Positions 37,271 through 48,805 of a stretch of DNA of 64,000 nucleotides are shown here, in pieces (positions within the stretch are counted from its first letter, which is position 1; each line of letters opens with the position of its first letter). The DNA is taken from positions 15,810,001 through 15,874,000 of the forward strand of contig CM119376.1 in NCBI GenBank assembly GCA_051294905.1, in the 5' to 3' direction. The translations under genes were made by a program, and so were the position numbers. The stretch is from Botryllus schlosseri (taxonomy: Eukaryota). Below the pieces are notes generated by a model. The model was not told where the DNA came from. It ran no database searches and saw only the letters and a program-made list of their open reading frames with translations.

Positions 37271-37676
37271 CACAGAATCAACTATTTTGCCGTAAATGCT
37301 CAGTTTGTTAACTCTAGAAACGAAGTGAGTATCTCTACGTTAGCAGTAAAAGACACAGACAACCAACACTCCAGCGATTTTATCAAAAGGGTGGTTGAAG
37401 ATGTTCTCAATGACTTTGATATATCCAAGAAACAGGTACTGGCAGTAGTAACAGACAATGCTTCCAACTTGACTCTAGCAGTTGAGAAATTGTCTGAAGA
37501 CTGTGTCGTTGATGAAAATGAAGATTACGCTGAAGTAGAGGGGATCCCAACTTTAGATGAGATTACTACGATGGCTTTTGCATACCAGTCCGAGTTTCAA
37601 TACATGTCGCATATGCGGTGTGCAGCTCATACACTGCAACTCGCAATCCGCGATGGCTTGAAAATGAAACAGGTAG

Positions 37677-38635
37677 TAGGGATGGTGTGAACGTGAGGTT
37701 CACGTTCGCGTTCTGTGTGTGAACCTCGGAAATTTAGAGGTTCGCGTTCACAACAGAACCTTGGTAGGTTCTGCACTGTGAACCTTTTTCATATATTACA
37801 ATATTACAAACTCTATGTATGGTGCTGGCAGCATTAAAAATCAACACCAAACGAGCATGCACCTTGACAATTTCAAAAGTTTTACTTGCTTTGTTACAAA
37901 AGTTTGCTCGAAATATCCAGCTTTCCGTTTGTGAACATTTAGTCACTCTCTGTTGTGAGTTTGACCCGCAATCACACAACATCATGAGCGAAATACGTGG
38001 TCAGCGAATGATTCTTATTCAACCAATCAATGAGATTGATATCGTTTTCTGATGAAACATAATCTTGCAGGCGTACGGGGTCAATCTTGACTCCATATCT
38101 TTACTGCATCATTAAAACTAAATCCGTGCAATTGAGGTGTTGGCTACTGCTGTATAGTGTATAACTTGTTAATGCGATAATATTTAAAGCAAGTATAGAA
38201 AGCCGTTTTACACTCAGCTCAATATCAATGTAGCGATACTCAGACGCCGAATCCATTGTCCGGTCTGGTCTAGACCGTTGAGGCGTAAGCTTATATTCCC
38301 TGGTAAGTCCTCGTCGAAATTGTTGGCAAAGCGACGGAAGAATGATTTTATGGGAGTATTATATCCTTTAATTGCCTCAGTTGATACATTTGGCGACGTT
38401 TAAAACGCCAATATGTACTTTGGCATTGTGCCATTATGTGGCACGAGTCGTCGCTAAGTATCGTGTATATAATTGTACATTAATATAGGCTATCACTTCA
38501 TTGAAAGATAGGGTTGGAATTAGTAATATGACGTCACGTGACGTCATGAGGTTCACGTTCGTGTTCACACAGAACCTTTCAAGAAGGTTCGCGTTCACAC
38601 GAACCTGAACCTTTCAGAGGTTCACACCATCCCTA
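37677..38635. mobile_element. Ac-like non-autonomous hAT (TAGGGATGGTGTGAAC termini, GTTCAC/GAACC repeats)
   Basis: Perfect TSD ACAGGTAG; terminus resembles the Ac/Ds TAGGGATG end. Confidence 0.95.
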
Positions 38636-39894
38636 ACAGGTAGATTCACTGCTCGGCAAAATTCGTCAGGTTGTGGTAGCTGCAAGATCTCCAAAAATTG
38701 ATGCAATTTTAAAGAGAAAAACCAATAAAGGGGCTATTATTGACCAAGCTACAAGGTGGGGTAGCACATATCTTATGCTTGAACGCCTTCTTCAACTAAA
38801 ACCTGTCTTGGTAGACATTGCACACCCAAATGTATCACTGTCTGATGCTCAATGGAATGAAGTAAAAATACTGGAAGAGTTGCTACGCCATCCTTTCCTT
38901 ACTACAAAAAAACTACAGGCTTCCGATTTGACACCAGGGTTATTTTTCAAAGAATGGAAAAAGTTGCTCTTTCAGTTTTCGCAAATTGGTGGCAAATTGG
39001 CTGATGCAATACGAACATCCATGGAGCGTCGTGAGATGGCGCTTCTCGCCAATGATGTGCTGCTTGCAGCAATATATGTTGACCCGATGTACAGGATAAT
39101 GTTGAACGATGAGCAATATTCAAAAAGAAAAGCTACTTTACTCGAAATTGCTCTATCAATAAAGGATCATGAAGGAAGGATATTAGCTGAATATCTGACA
39201 CAAGCTGGAAATCTAACCAACAGTGGAGACTCAGCAAACGCGTCACCCACCTCAGAAGATGAAGATTTTGAAAAAATTCTTGATCGCCAGGCAAAACGTC
39301 GCAAAACTGAAGCAGATGCTTCAGATGGAAGTTCGCTTCAACGGTACAGAATGGATTTTACCAATGCTTTATCCACTATGGAAAATATTGACAGGTCTTC
39401 CAAAGTCAGTGTCATGGATGCCATTTCCATGTACCCAGACATACTGCAAAAAGTAGCATAGGCCTTCTCTGTTACGGCTTTGCCGCCGACACAAGTGAGT
39501 GTGGAGAGAATTTTCTCCGAAATTTAGTCACCTAACTCTGATCGCTGGTGAATTTCAGTTGAGTTCGCTTTTTTTCGCGTCATATGGATAATAAGTCGTC
39601 TTCGCGTGTATGTTTTGACCGTGGTATTTAAATATATCTCACTGGATGTTCTAATACTTTCTCCCCCTATCGCTCCCAGCCGCTCCCTTTGGTATTTTCC
39701 CCACCTTGATTCTAAAAAAAATCGCCCACTGGGGAGATATCGTTGGAAATGTTTGGAACTACTGCATTAGAGGAATATGATGCATAGGAAAATTTGAAAA
39801 TGTCATATCATATGCGACACAACATATGTCTGTTGATACTGGACTGCTGAAAAGCGTTGTTGTTACACTGCAAAATGCAATGAGCAGCAAGGGC

Positions 39895-41688
39895 ACCAGG
39901 TCGATTTTCAACAGTTTTATTCCATAGCTGCCGACTTGTAGCACGGCCCACTGCAAGGCTTTTAAAAGACACCGCTTACACCAGTGGTTCTTAACCTTTT
40001 TTCGTCCAGCGCCCCCTTTCAAAAATTATCGTGCTCCAGCGCCCCCCTCAACTTCATATTGTAAGGAATGTAATAAAGACAATGAGTAAGAGGGAGGGCC
40101 GTAACAGCACTTCGTCAACCCCCCTGAAAACGATTGCTTTGCGCACCCATAGCGTGATAAACCGAACTTCTGAGGGCTTCGCCCCCACGAACCCCATATC
40201 GTGATTTTGATGGTCAGCAAAGTATGTGTGGTCTGGTCGCCCTAGGTACCAAAATTTTCTATAATGCATGGTAATTACATATTTTCTATAATGCATGATA
40301 ATTACATTTATAAGTCGCTATAAACTTTTTATCCTCTCAGCCCACGTAATCAGATTTACCAGTAGCACTGAGTGAGCTGTTGTATAGGAAAATAAAGGGC
40401 ACGTAATTAATAATTAAACTTATTCGGGCGTGCCCGCAGCTACAATTATTCGTTAGCAGGGCCGTAACAGCACTTCGTCAGCCCCCCTCCCCAAACATAA
40501 AACGTTGATCCTGGGCCCCCATCGGGTGATAAACCAAACTTCCGGGGGACTTCGCTCCCAGACCCCCATTAGGCTGTCCGCTATTTGCTGATAGCCTATT
40601 AGGTATCTACATGGGGTGTCCATTTACTGAGGGAGCTATTCTCGCCTAGTCGCGCGAAGTGCGAAAAATTTCACCAATTAATGATTGAATTGGTCAATAT
40701 CATCGGGAATTGCATGTAAATTGAGATCAATTTTTATCCTCTCTCTGATCACGTAAACACATTTACCGGTAGAGCTGAGTGAGGTGCAATGTTCCCTCTC
40801 AGCTGCGCACGTGCGCAGTGCTGACACGGTCTCTGCGCACAGAAAATCTACGTTGCGCACAACAAATCCGGATTATTACCTTTTTTTAGTCGTTACGCAC
40901 TGTTTTCCAAGGGTCAGCGCAGTGAGTTGTTGAGTGTGCGCAGACTCATCAAAACTTAAGCGAACATTGTGAGGTTTCTTGGAAACTGTAGGGCCCGTTA
41001 CCAATAATTAAACATATTCGGGCGTTCGAACCCGTTGGTATGACTTCGTTGCATGATGTTATTTCGTGACCCCCTGTCTGCAATATCAAAAAATATAGAA
41101 TCGCTCAACGGGGATATCGCCCAACAGGAATATCCCTGTCGCCCAATCGTACTAAACTAAAAGACGCACACGATTTCAGATTGGTATTTCTTCACTGACA
41201 TATAATTTTTCCGTGCCAGATGGAATTCGTCTTCTGGGGTTCAGATTGCCAAGACAGGAACATTCGGTGTCAGTCATTTAGGCGCCCATGGACAATTAAA
41301 CCTATATGTATTTTGAAGGCTATATGTAACGAAGTTTTCGGTGTTAATTTGCTCTGAATACTCAGGATATGTCCTATCACCACATCATCTACTGCGAAGC
41401 CATTTTTCTCCAGCGCCCCCCATACCGCCCCCCTGAGCCCAGCGCCCCCCATATCGCCCCCTGAGCGTTTCCGCCCCCCTTCAAAATCGCCAGCGCCCCC
41501 TGGGGGGCGCTGGGGGCAAGGTTAAGAACCACTGGCTTACACGGATGAAATACATTGCGAGGAGGAGCCTAGATAAACCTCCAGCACTTAGGTAGGAATT
41601 CTGTAGTCGCTCTCGGTCGGACTCGAACCCGCAACCAACTGGAGTTGCAGATGTGGATTTTATACCACTTACCACGCAATCTCGCCAC
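39895..41688 (-). mobile_element. tRNA-derived SINE split by a family-A hAT element
   Basis: Head at 41688-41543 and body continuing at 39981-39895, aligning to the 15633 and 26846 copies across the insertion. Confidence 0.85.
39982..41534 (-). mobile_element. hAT family A, second copy (inverted)
   Basis: TIR CAGTGGTTCTTAACCTT; perfect TSD GCTTACAC. Confidence 0.93.
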
Positions 41689-42700
41689 GCGATAAACCAC
41701 AGTATATTGCAGGGACGGGCAGGCGGACCGCAAAGAGTCTTTCTACCCTGAAAGTGAGATTCTAATATGGAAGTATTGACAAATGTTGCCCGTCACAGAA
41801 TGAATCCAAGTTTGCCAACCTGAGAAAGATGGTCATGAAACTACTTGCTACATAGCCTACATTTTCGACCAAATTAACATTAACGAGACAAGGCTGCGTT
41901 CCCATATAACTGATGTTCACATGCATTCGTTACTATATGGGTTTCTACATGCGATAGGCAGCTAGAGTTCAAAGAACTCGCTAACAACTTTGGCCGACCA
42001 CAGAAGTCTAATTGACTTCAACGGATATTATTGATAAATCCATTAAATAAAATTTTTGGTCTCCATGCTTTAAACTTAAAGTCTAAATTAAATACGATTA
42101 TTATATATTCTTTATTCACAGTAAGACTGGTAAATACACACATAATCCGGGGAGCAACCTGCCCCCAAAGGAAAATGGCGAGATTGGAGTAAATTTTTGA
42201 AATTTCAGTAATCCATTCAAATTGATATTCCTACGCAATACATGGAGAAGTCAGATTACAGAATTGCAGCAGATGAAGAATTGGCAAGGGTTACAGAGCA
42301 GAGGTAGAGATGATTGAAGATGAAGAATTGAAATTACAGAAATTATGCTGTGATTCACAAGTGCAATTTTAGTCCAGTGGTGCATTCAAGGCCTTCCGAA
42401 GAATGTGCACAGTGCCCAATAATGTGATCTTTTGGATCATGTCGAATCGAACGTTACCCGGAATTTGTTGGATATGTCTCATGAGTTTTTTGCTCACGAC
42501 CCCTGTAGCGCCAATGACTATCGGTACAATGTATATTTTGCATCGCCACATTTTCTCACATTCCATTTTGAGCTCTGCGTATTTGGAGTGTTTTTCTGAT
42601 TCTTTTTGCAGTAGGTTGTGATCAGCTGGGACAGCCAGTTTAATGAATAAGCATTCTCTTTTCTTTTTTAGTTTGACGATTATATCCGGGCGGTTGCTTC

Positions 42701-45700
42701 CAGGGTTGTAATGACTCGAGTCATGACTCGACTCGAGTCAGACTCGAGTCACGATTATTTTGTGACTCGACTTGACTCGAGTCATTTTCTTGAAATGGGA
42801 AAATGACTCGACTCAACTCGAGTCAATATTTGGATTGACTCGACTTGTACTCGAGTCATTACGCATGACTCGACCCAAGTCATTGACTCGGCTTATTTTA
42901 TATGACTTGAAGATGAAGAAATTTGCGAATCGTAATGGTTAGATCAACGCATCTGACGAATTCTGCCGACATCGCTATTTGTCACTACTGCTTTCGTTGC
43001 ACTCGTCTGATATCAGATATGACGCAGTAAAAGCAACAGACAATCGTACATAGCAGCAATGCATTGCACAAAATCATCCAGTGATGAAGAGGTAATAGAT
43101 CTTCCGCAACTATATTTTCCGTTTATTGGTGCATTAGTCATGATAGCCGCTTTACCAATGTGAAGATATACAAATTGAGCTCATACACACACATTTGCAT
43201 ACCGTACCATTTTGATTTCTCCATACCAATGACAATTGGCTCTGCGGGAGTGTAGAAGTAAATTTCAGCCATTGCAAGGATCTAACTGTTGTGCAATGTG
43301 ACGATGTTATCATATAATAAGTCATATGCATACATGTGCTCAAGTGCTGTACCAACAGTAATGCATTTATGTTACAATTTTGCAATGCAAAGTTATCTGC
43401 TGTTACCCAGTTGAGTAATCTTGTTTGTTGACAGCCAAACCCCACTTCAGTTTATCAAGAATTTGATCAACCATAAAATTCAATACAACCTGTTTTATAG
43501 AGAGCTACATTAATATAGTGCAATATCGACTGAGAATAACAATGGATCCATACCTCAATGTTCTTGCTACCCTCCAGATGTTAGAGAGCCTAGCAGAAGA
43601 GAGAGTGCCAAGAAGATTGGTCAAAGACCGAGCAAATCCATTGGAATATACCCTGGAGGTTAGCGACACCGATAACGTGAAGGCACAACCGAGCACGACT
43701 TCAGCGCAGACAGATTGTTCAAAATCACTTCTCTACAATGTCTTGAGTATTTCATCTCGTGTTTGAACACCAATAACCACACATTCAATTCCTCGTCAAT
43801 TATTTTTATTACGAGATCCAGTAACCTATGCTGTAGTCAGAATTGGACAACTAGAAAATCAGATTTTCAAAATTATTAGACTATGATGATAATTATGGCT
43901 GCATATTTTTCCAAATTAGAATAGAATTATAGACACTGTAGTCATTTTTCAATTAAATCAAAATAGGGATTACTGAATATGTGAAAATTTGGAAATCTGC
44001 ACAACTCTACTAAGTATCGTAGAGTTCTACTGTAGAATTTTCAGCAAAACCATAAATTAAGTTAGAAATATATTACTGGCATTTTGCACTTACTATTCTA
44101 ATTATACAGCCAATTAACTAGTTGTCCAAGTCTGGTTTTTGTGCTATTTCGATTCTATTTTCTCAATTTTGCAGTTCTTTTTCCATTTCCAGTTTCTGGT
44201 ACTTGATATGCATCTGTAATTCAAAATATTTCATTCTGATATCATGCTGCTTCTTTGCCATTTCCAGGACGCTCATTTCTGAACACCACATTTTGATCAC
44301 CAACATTATAGTTAAAATATGATTTTTCAGCAACACACCTGGCTCTCTTTTTCAAGACAATTGCCGTTGAGCTTTTTGTGTTCTCTGTTTCATCTTGCAT
44401 ATCTGAATGTAGTAATGAATAAACTGTGGGTTGCATCACCATCTTTGTATGCTAACACTTACCGGTCTGGTGTTCCATCCTGAAGTCTGTCGAGGGAACT
44501 GAAGGAAGCGTCACATCGCCATCAGCAACGAAAAGGCAGCAATTTCATTTGCTGCAAGAAAACTATGGTTAACAACAGTTGTATTGATTCAATAGAGTTC
44601 AAATTCAATAGAGCAATGTTAATGTCAATCAAAACAACCCGCAATGTTCTATTTGAAGTATTCGTGTGGCTATGTTAGTACCAACACTATTCATATGGAT
44701 TTCAAATAAGTACCTCAACTTACCATCGCTGTTGTGACATGAAGAACCAGCCTCTGTGTTCACATCCTCGTCGATGATGAAGGTGCAAACTGAATCTTCG
44801 GAATATGCATCTGAATAAACATTTTATTTAAAAATGTTAGTTAGAAATACATTAGATAAGTTACTTTCAAATGATTTTTTCACGGTTTATCTTAACCCCG
44901 CGAAACATAGGAAGCATGGAGGACTAAAATCATGACTTGACTCGAGTTGTAATAGGATGAATGGATTTGACTCGAGTCACTGCTTCAATATGACATACGG
45001 TATGAGAAATCCTGACTCGAAGTCAAATCTTCAAGTCAAGTTGCACGCCTAACAATAATAATGGCCAACGATACTGCTCAGGCACCTGCACACGCACAGC
45101 AGCAAAGCCAGACTGTTACAAGTAAAAATTGGATGCAAGTTCCTCTGCCGTTGGTTGTAACATATTAAAAAAGTTGATGTCCTAAATGCACTCACCATTG
45201 TTCATGTGACTATCGAATACGCAATCGTAGTCATACCGATGTTTCAAACATTCAATTTGAGATGGAATAAGGTCTGAAAAGTGATAATAAATATACCAGT
45301 GCTATTAAAATCAATTTCAGATTAGGAATTTGCCGAGCAGTGTTCCCCATGTGTCTCTGGCTATGGTTAGTTTGTTGGGAATTACAAAAATACAATAAAT
45401 CCATGTTTTCATGATCATCAAAATTTGTCTCTTCAGTTCAAAACGAGCGTTAAAACGTGAGTATGAAGCACGCAGAGAGTCACGATACACACGGATGGAA
45501 ACAATACATCTCCTACTGCGAATTTTAAAGAATTGCCAGTAAAATTACCTATCAAAAACCTTTTCCAAGGAGTTCGTCAACTGGAGGTGGGCCAGTTTTG
45601 GCCCGTTCGATGCGTTGTGATGCATATGTCTTCTTTGCTTTTCGTTTCAAATTTTTCAATACATTCTGGATTTGGCCAGTTGTACGGCTGCACGCGCAGG

Positions 45701-46944
45701 ACTAGTATTCATAGCTGCATATTTCTTACTCATTACATCTCAGGCCGCATCTTTTGTTTTGCGATCAGTCTTTTTGTCTTCCTTGGTTTCAATATATTCT
45801 TCTATCAATTCAATTATTCTAAACTCTTCTTGTCTGTTGCAATTTTCCGTCCTCGTATTTTATTACCAAAGTATACTATCGAATTCTGTACAGTGTACAG
45901 TCTGTAAAAAATGTCATACCGGTAATCATAGCATAAGGTACTATCGGCTGTGGTAGGCCCACGCCTATAATATGCGCCAACAGTTGTAGTAGTGTCTGAG
46001 TACAATATTTTCAAGTAATACCGCAACTGCACGTCAGAGCATCCAGTTAACACCATCTCAATACCAAATACTAGTGTACCTATAGCCTGCCCGGACCGCA
46101 GTCAACGCGAAGCACACAGCCGATTAACTTTCTAGACACCTCTCTCGGCGGATAACATTTGGCCGATTAAAATCCACCGATTAGTTGCAGATCGGCATCT
46201 GTGCCACGGAAGCCAGCCGATTACTGACGTTTAATCGGCGATTAGGGATTAATCGACATCTGTGCAATCCACCCTTAAGATACAGTAAATCAGCACTGAA
46301 GTAACGCTCCGGCGGCTATTTCGAGAGCTGAGCAGGAAAGTTGACCTTTTTTAGTCAACTACCTGATAATGTGAAAGAAAAACTGTACCTCTACATCTAC
46401 ATAAACATGCATATGTTGATTCTCTATCAGCTGATATCTAGACATGAATTCATTGGTTATCTATAAGCTATTTGTGAGCTGTCGTCGATATGCTCGTAAT
46501 AAAAACTGAATGCTTGTATTTGTCATGTATCAGACTGACAAGACAGATATTTGATTTAAAGTTCTACGATTAGTTAAGTTATCATATTGGCAGCCTGTCT
46601 CGTCTGTCTGTAGCATCGGTAAATGAGGCCAGGAACTGTCCGATATCTGCGTAAATAGACATGTGCCAAGACTCTGGTAGGGACAAAATAAGCATGTTTG
46701 GCAAGCAAGGAATTCGATATCGCCCTAGCAGGATTGATAACATAGTTGAACATGACTTCAATGCTGTGACTTGGACTCGGACTCGACTCATAACACTATG
46801 ACTCGGACTTGACCCTTTAAACGGTGACTTGGACTCGGACTCGACTCGGTGATGACTTGAAAATGACTCGACTTGACTCGAGTCAAAACCACAAAAGTAA
46901 GACTGACTCGTGACTCGGAACCATGTGACTTGGTTACAACCCTG
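42701..46944. mobile_element. 4244-bp hAT element with GACTCGAGTC ends (long relative of the 579/587-bp MITEs)
   Basis: TIR CAGGGTTGTAA at both ends; perfect TSD GTTGCTTC (42693-700 / 46945-52). Confidence 0.92.
43542..46274. pseudogene. Decayed, internally deleted PIF/Harbinger: nuclease N-terminus (+) and Myb/SANT gene (-)
   Basis: Plus strand 43542 reads MDPYLN...VPRRLVKDRANPLEY then breaks. Minus strand about 45860-45580 reads EEFRIIELIEEY...KKTD...AA*DV...RTTGQIQNVLKNLKRKAKK...KTGPPP (Myb_DNA-bind_5 pattern), with small GT-AG exons near 44810-44721 and a coiled-coil tail near 44290-44120. A Harbinger-like end GCAATCCACCC+TTA lies at 46274. Confidence 0.75.
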
Positions 46945-47019
46945 GTTGCTTCTGATTTCGCGGTCAGTTATAACTGGTACATCCCACAAAATTTTTACTT
47001 GTTCGTTTTCTGTCACTGG

Positions 47020-48155
47020 TTATTATTATTATTAAAGGTTTTCAGTGGCACTTATCACCTGTTAAGGTATTGTGTGCCACGGACGCAAATAAGAACAGGA
47101 AAAATTCAAGAAAAAGGCACTCAGCATGACAACGGCACTCAGATGTATCTACCACTTGATAGAACAAATTCAGCAACAGCGGGCGATAAGACTGGGTTAG
47201 ACAACACTTGAAACAGAGTAAAATGAAGATTGAGCCTAGTACACTCGTCGCGCAGAAATCTGCGACAAAATTGATATTCCGGACATATAATAACAAAATG
47301 GTACACCGTTTCAGGTACGTGACAACGTTCACAAAGGGGGGAGGGAACATAACCGATTTTGAACAGATGACTCTTCAGCTTGCAGTGTCCAGTGCGGAGC
47401 CGGAACATGATGGAGTCGAATAGACGATTGGAGAGAATCGGCGCAGGCGCGAGGATTGATTCTCGGAATTGACGGTAGTGCGACCCGGTGTCCGAAAAAC
47501 GGTATTGGTCTTGCCAGATGTCAACACACAGTGATCTGATTGCGGCCTTGGCTTCTGGTAGTGACACTGTCGCTGCGTCGGTTCGAGGAGGGCATAACGA
47601 TGCCGTCCTAGCAAGTTCATCGGCTTGGCTATTTCCCGGGATCCCACTGTGTCCTGGGATCCAAGCCAGAGTTACATGGAGGCGCTGATTGGTGACCTGA
47701 AGTAAGGATTCGAAAATATTTAGTAAAATAGCGTTTGTGCTGCACGGTAGCTGTGTTCGCGATACATTTGAAATGGATTTGAGGGCACCGAGACAAACTG
47801 ACAGGATGATATACCGAGAGTACGATGAGCCATGTTCTGTAATCCACTTCAAGGCATGAAGAATGACGCTCAATTCGGCGGAATAACTGGAATATGCATT
47901 CGGTAACGCTTTGTATAATTGAACGGAGTGGGCGGGAATGAACAGGCCGTAGCCAACACCGTTATCAGTCTTGGACCCGTCAGTGTACATTGTTAGGAAA
48001 CCTGCGTATTTTTCAAAAATGAAATCCAGGCTATTAGATAGGATTACTGAGGGCTTAGAGCACTTCGATATAGTCTCGCAAAGTTCGAGATCGACGTTTG
48101 GACACGGCGCGGTCCATGGGGCGGGAAAAGAGGTTGGCTTGGTCTGCAGTTTCAA
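47020..48155 (-). mobile_element. 5'-truncated I-clade LINE (RNase H plus C-terminal CCHC) with (TAA)5 tail
   Basis: Open 338-codon frame with PAPW, YTDGS, SYSAEL, AWIPGHSGIPGNSQADELA, FRLRTGH and CERC..ETVYHFVIIC. TAA repeats at 47034-47020. The frame stays open to about 48272 but the true 5' junction is unclear. Confidence 0.93.
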
Positions 48156-48805
48156 TTCTCGCAGTGAGGGTATCTGTGTGATTATATTAAATGTTCGGAT
48201 TAAATCCTTGTATAGGTGGATAAATACGCGATTAATGTATATATTCTGTAATCCGGCCCGACAAGTACTTCATTTTCACAAATCCAGCCCGCCAACCAGA
48301 GAAGTTGCCCGCCCCTGGTATAGTGGTTGCCAACATCATATTCTTTAGTCATAAAGCATGTATCAGAGTTTCTCAATCGGACGTCTTCAGCAAATCAACT
48401 TTCAGCTACAATACGATAGGCCTACAATTTAAACCTGCACCAATTGTCGAAGACTAAGATAAATGTACACTATATAAGTCATATTTAAATCAAACATAAC
48501 AACAAAAACAAGGTGAGCACTGAGCACTTTATAGAAGTGCTATAGTGCTACACTGCTATAGATACTAGTCTACGTCAATGTAAGGTATAGTCCCTCCGTT
48601 TGAGGGAAATATGTTTGTGACATGACGACCAGGCTTCACAATCGTTGAATGACTGATTGCTCACACATGTATCAGCGTGTCGAAAACATACATACAGGTA
48701 TAGGGTACAGCGACATAATCGACACCGATTACTAAATGACTTGAAATTGACTCGAAAATTTTGCTTCGAGTCTCGAGTCAATCCACATTTTTGAAACATA
48801 TAGAC

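Larger units (their letters stand above)
36171..39527 (+). pseudogene. hAT transposase (BED finger, DDE core, dimerisation motif), interrupted by two MITEs
   Basis: After removing 36684-37270, 37677-38635 and one TSD copy each, the frame joins as KLDACTRHRI|NYFAVN...VTDNASN...RCAAHTLQL...KQVD|SLLGK...TRWGST...PTQVSVERIFS. Other lesions: one frameshift near 36540, a stop at 39459-61, and a 3' truncation. Confidence 0.93.
42369..47019 (-). pseudogene. RLE-type (R4/HERO-like) non-LTR retrotransposon 3' fragment, split by a 4.2-kb hAT element
   Basis: 47019-46945 joined to 42692-42369 gives a stop-free PVTENEQVKILWDVPVITDREIRSN|RPDIIV...FIKLAVPAD...EKHSKY...IVPIVIGATGVV...KITLLGTVHILRKAL, the restriction-like endonuclease C-terminus. 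Confidence 0.9.

Noticed and set aside
42241-42350. ADEELAR / EDEELKLQ ubiquitin-binding-like peptides
   Set aside because: They are too short, lie in low-complexity purine-rich DNA and have no exon structure.
48155-48400. TSD or defined 5' junction for the I-clade LINE
   Set aside because: No repeat of the 3' flank (CTGTCACTGG) was found, so the boundary is left undefined.
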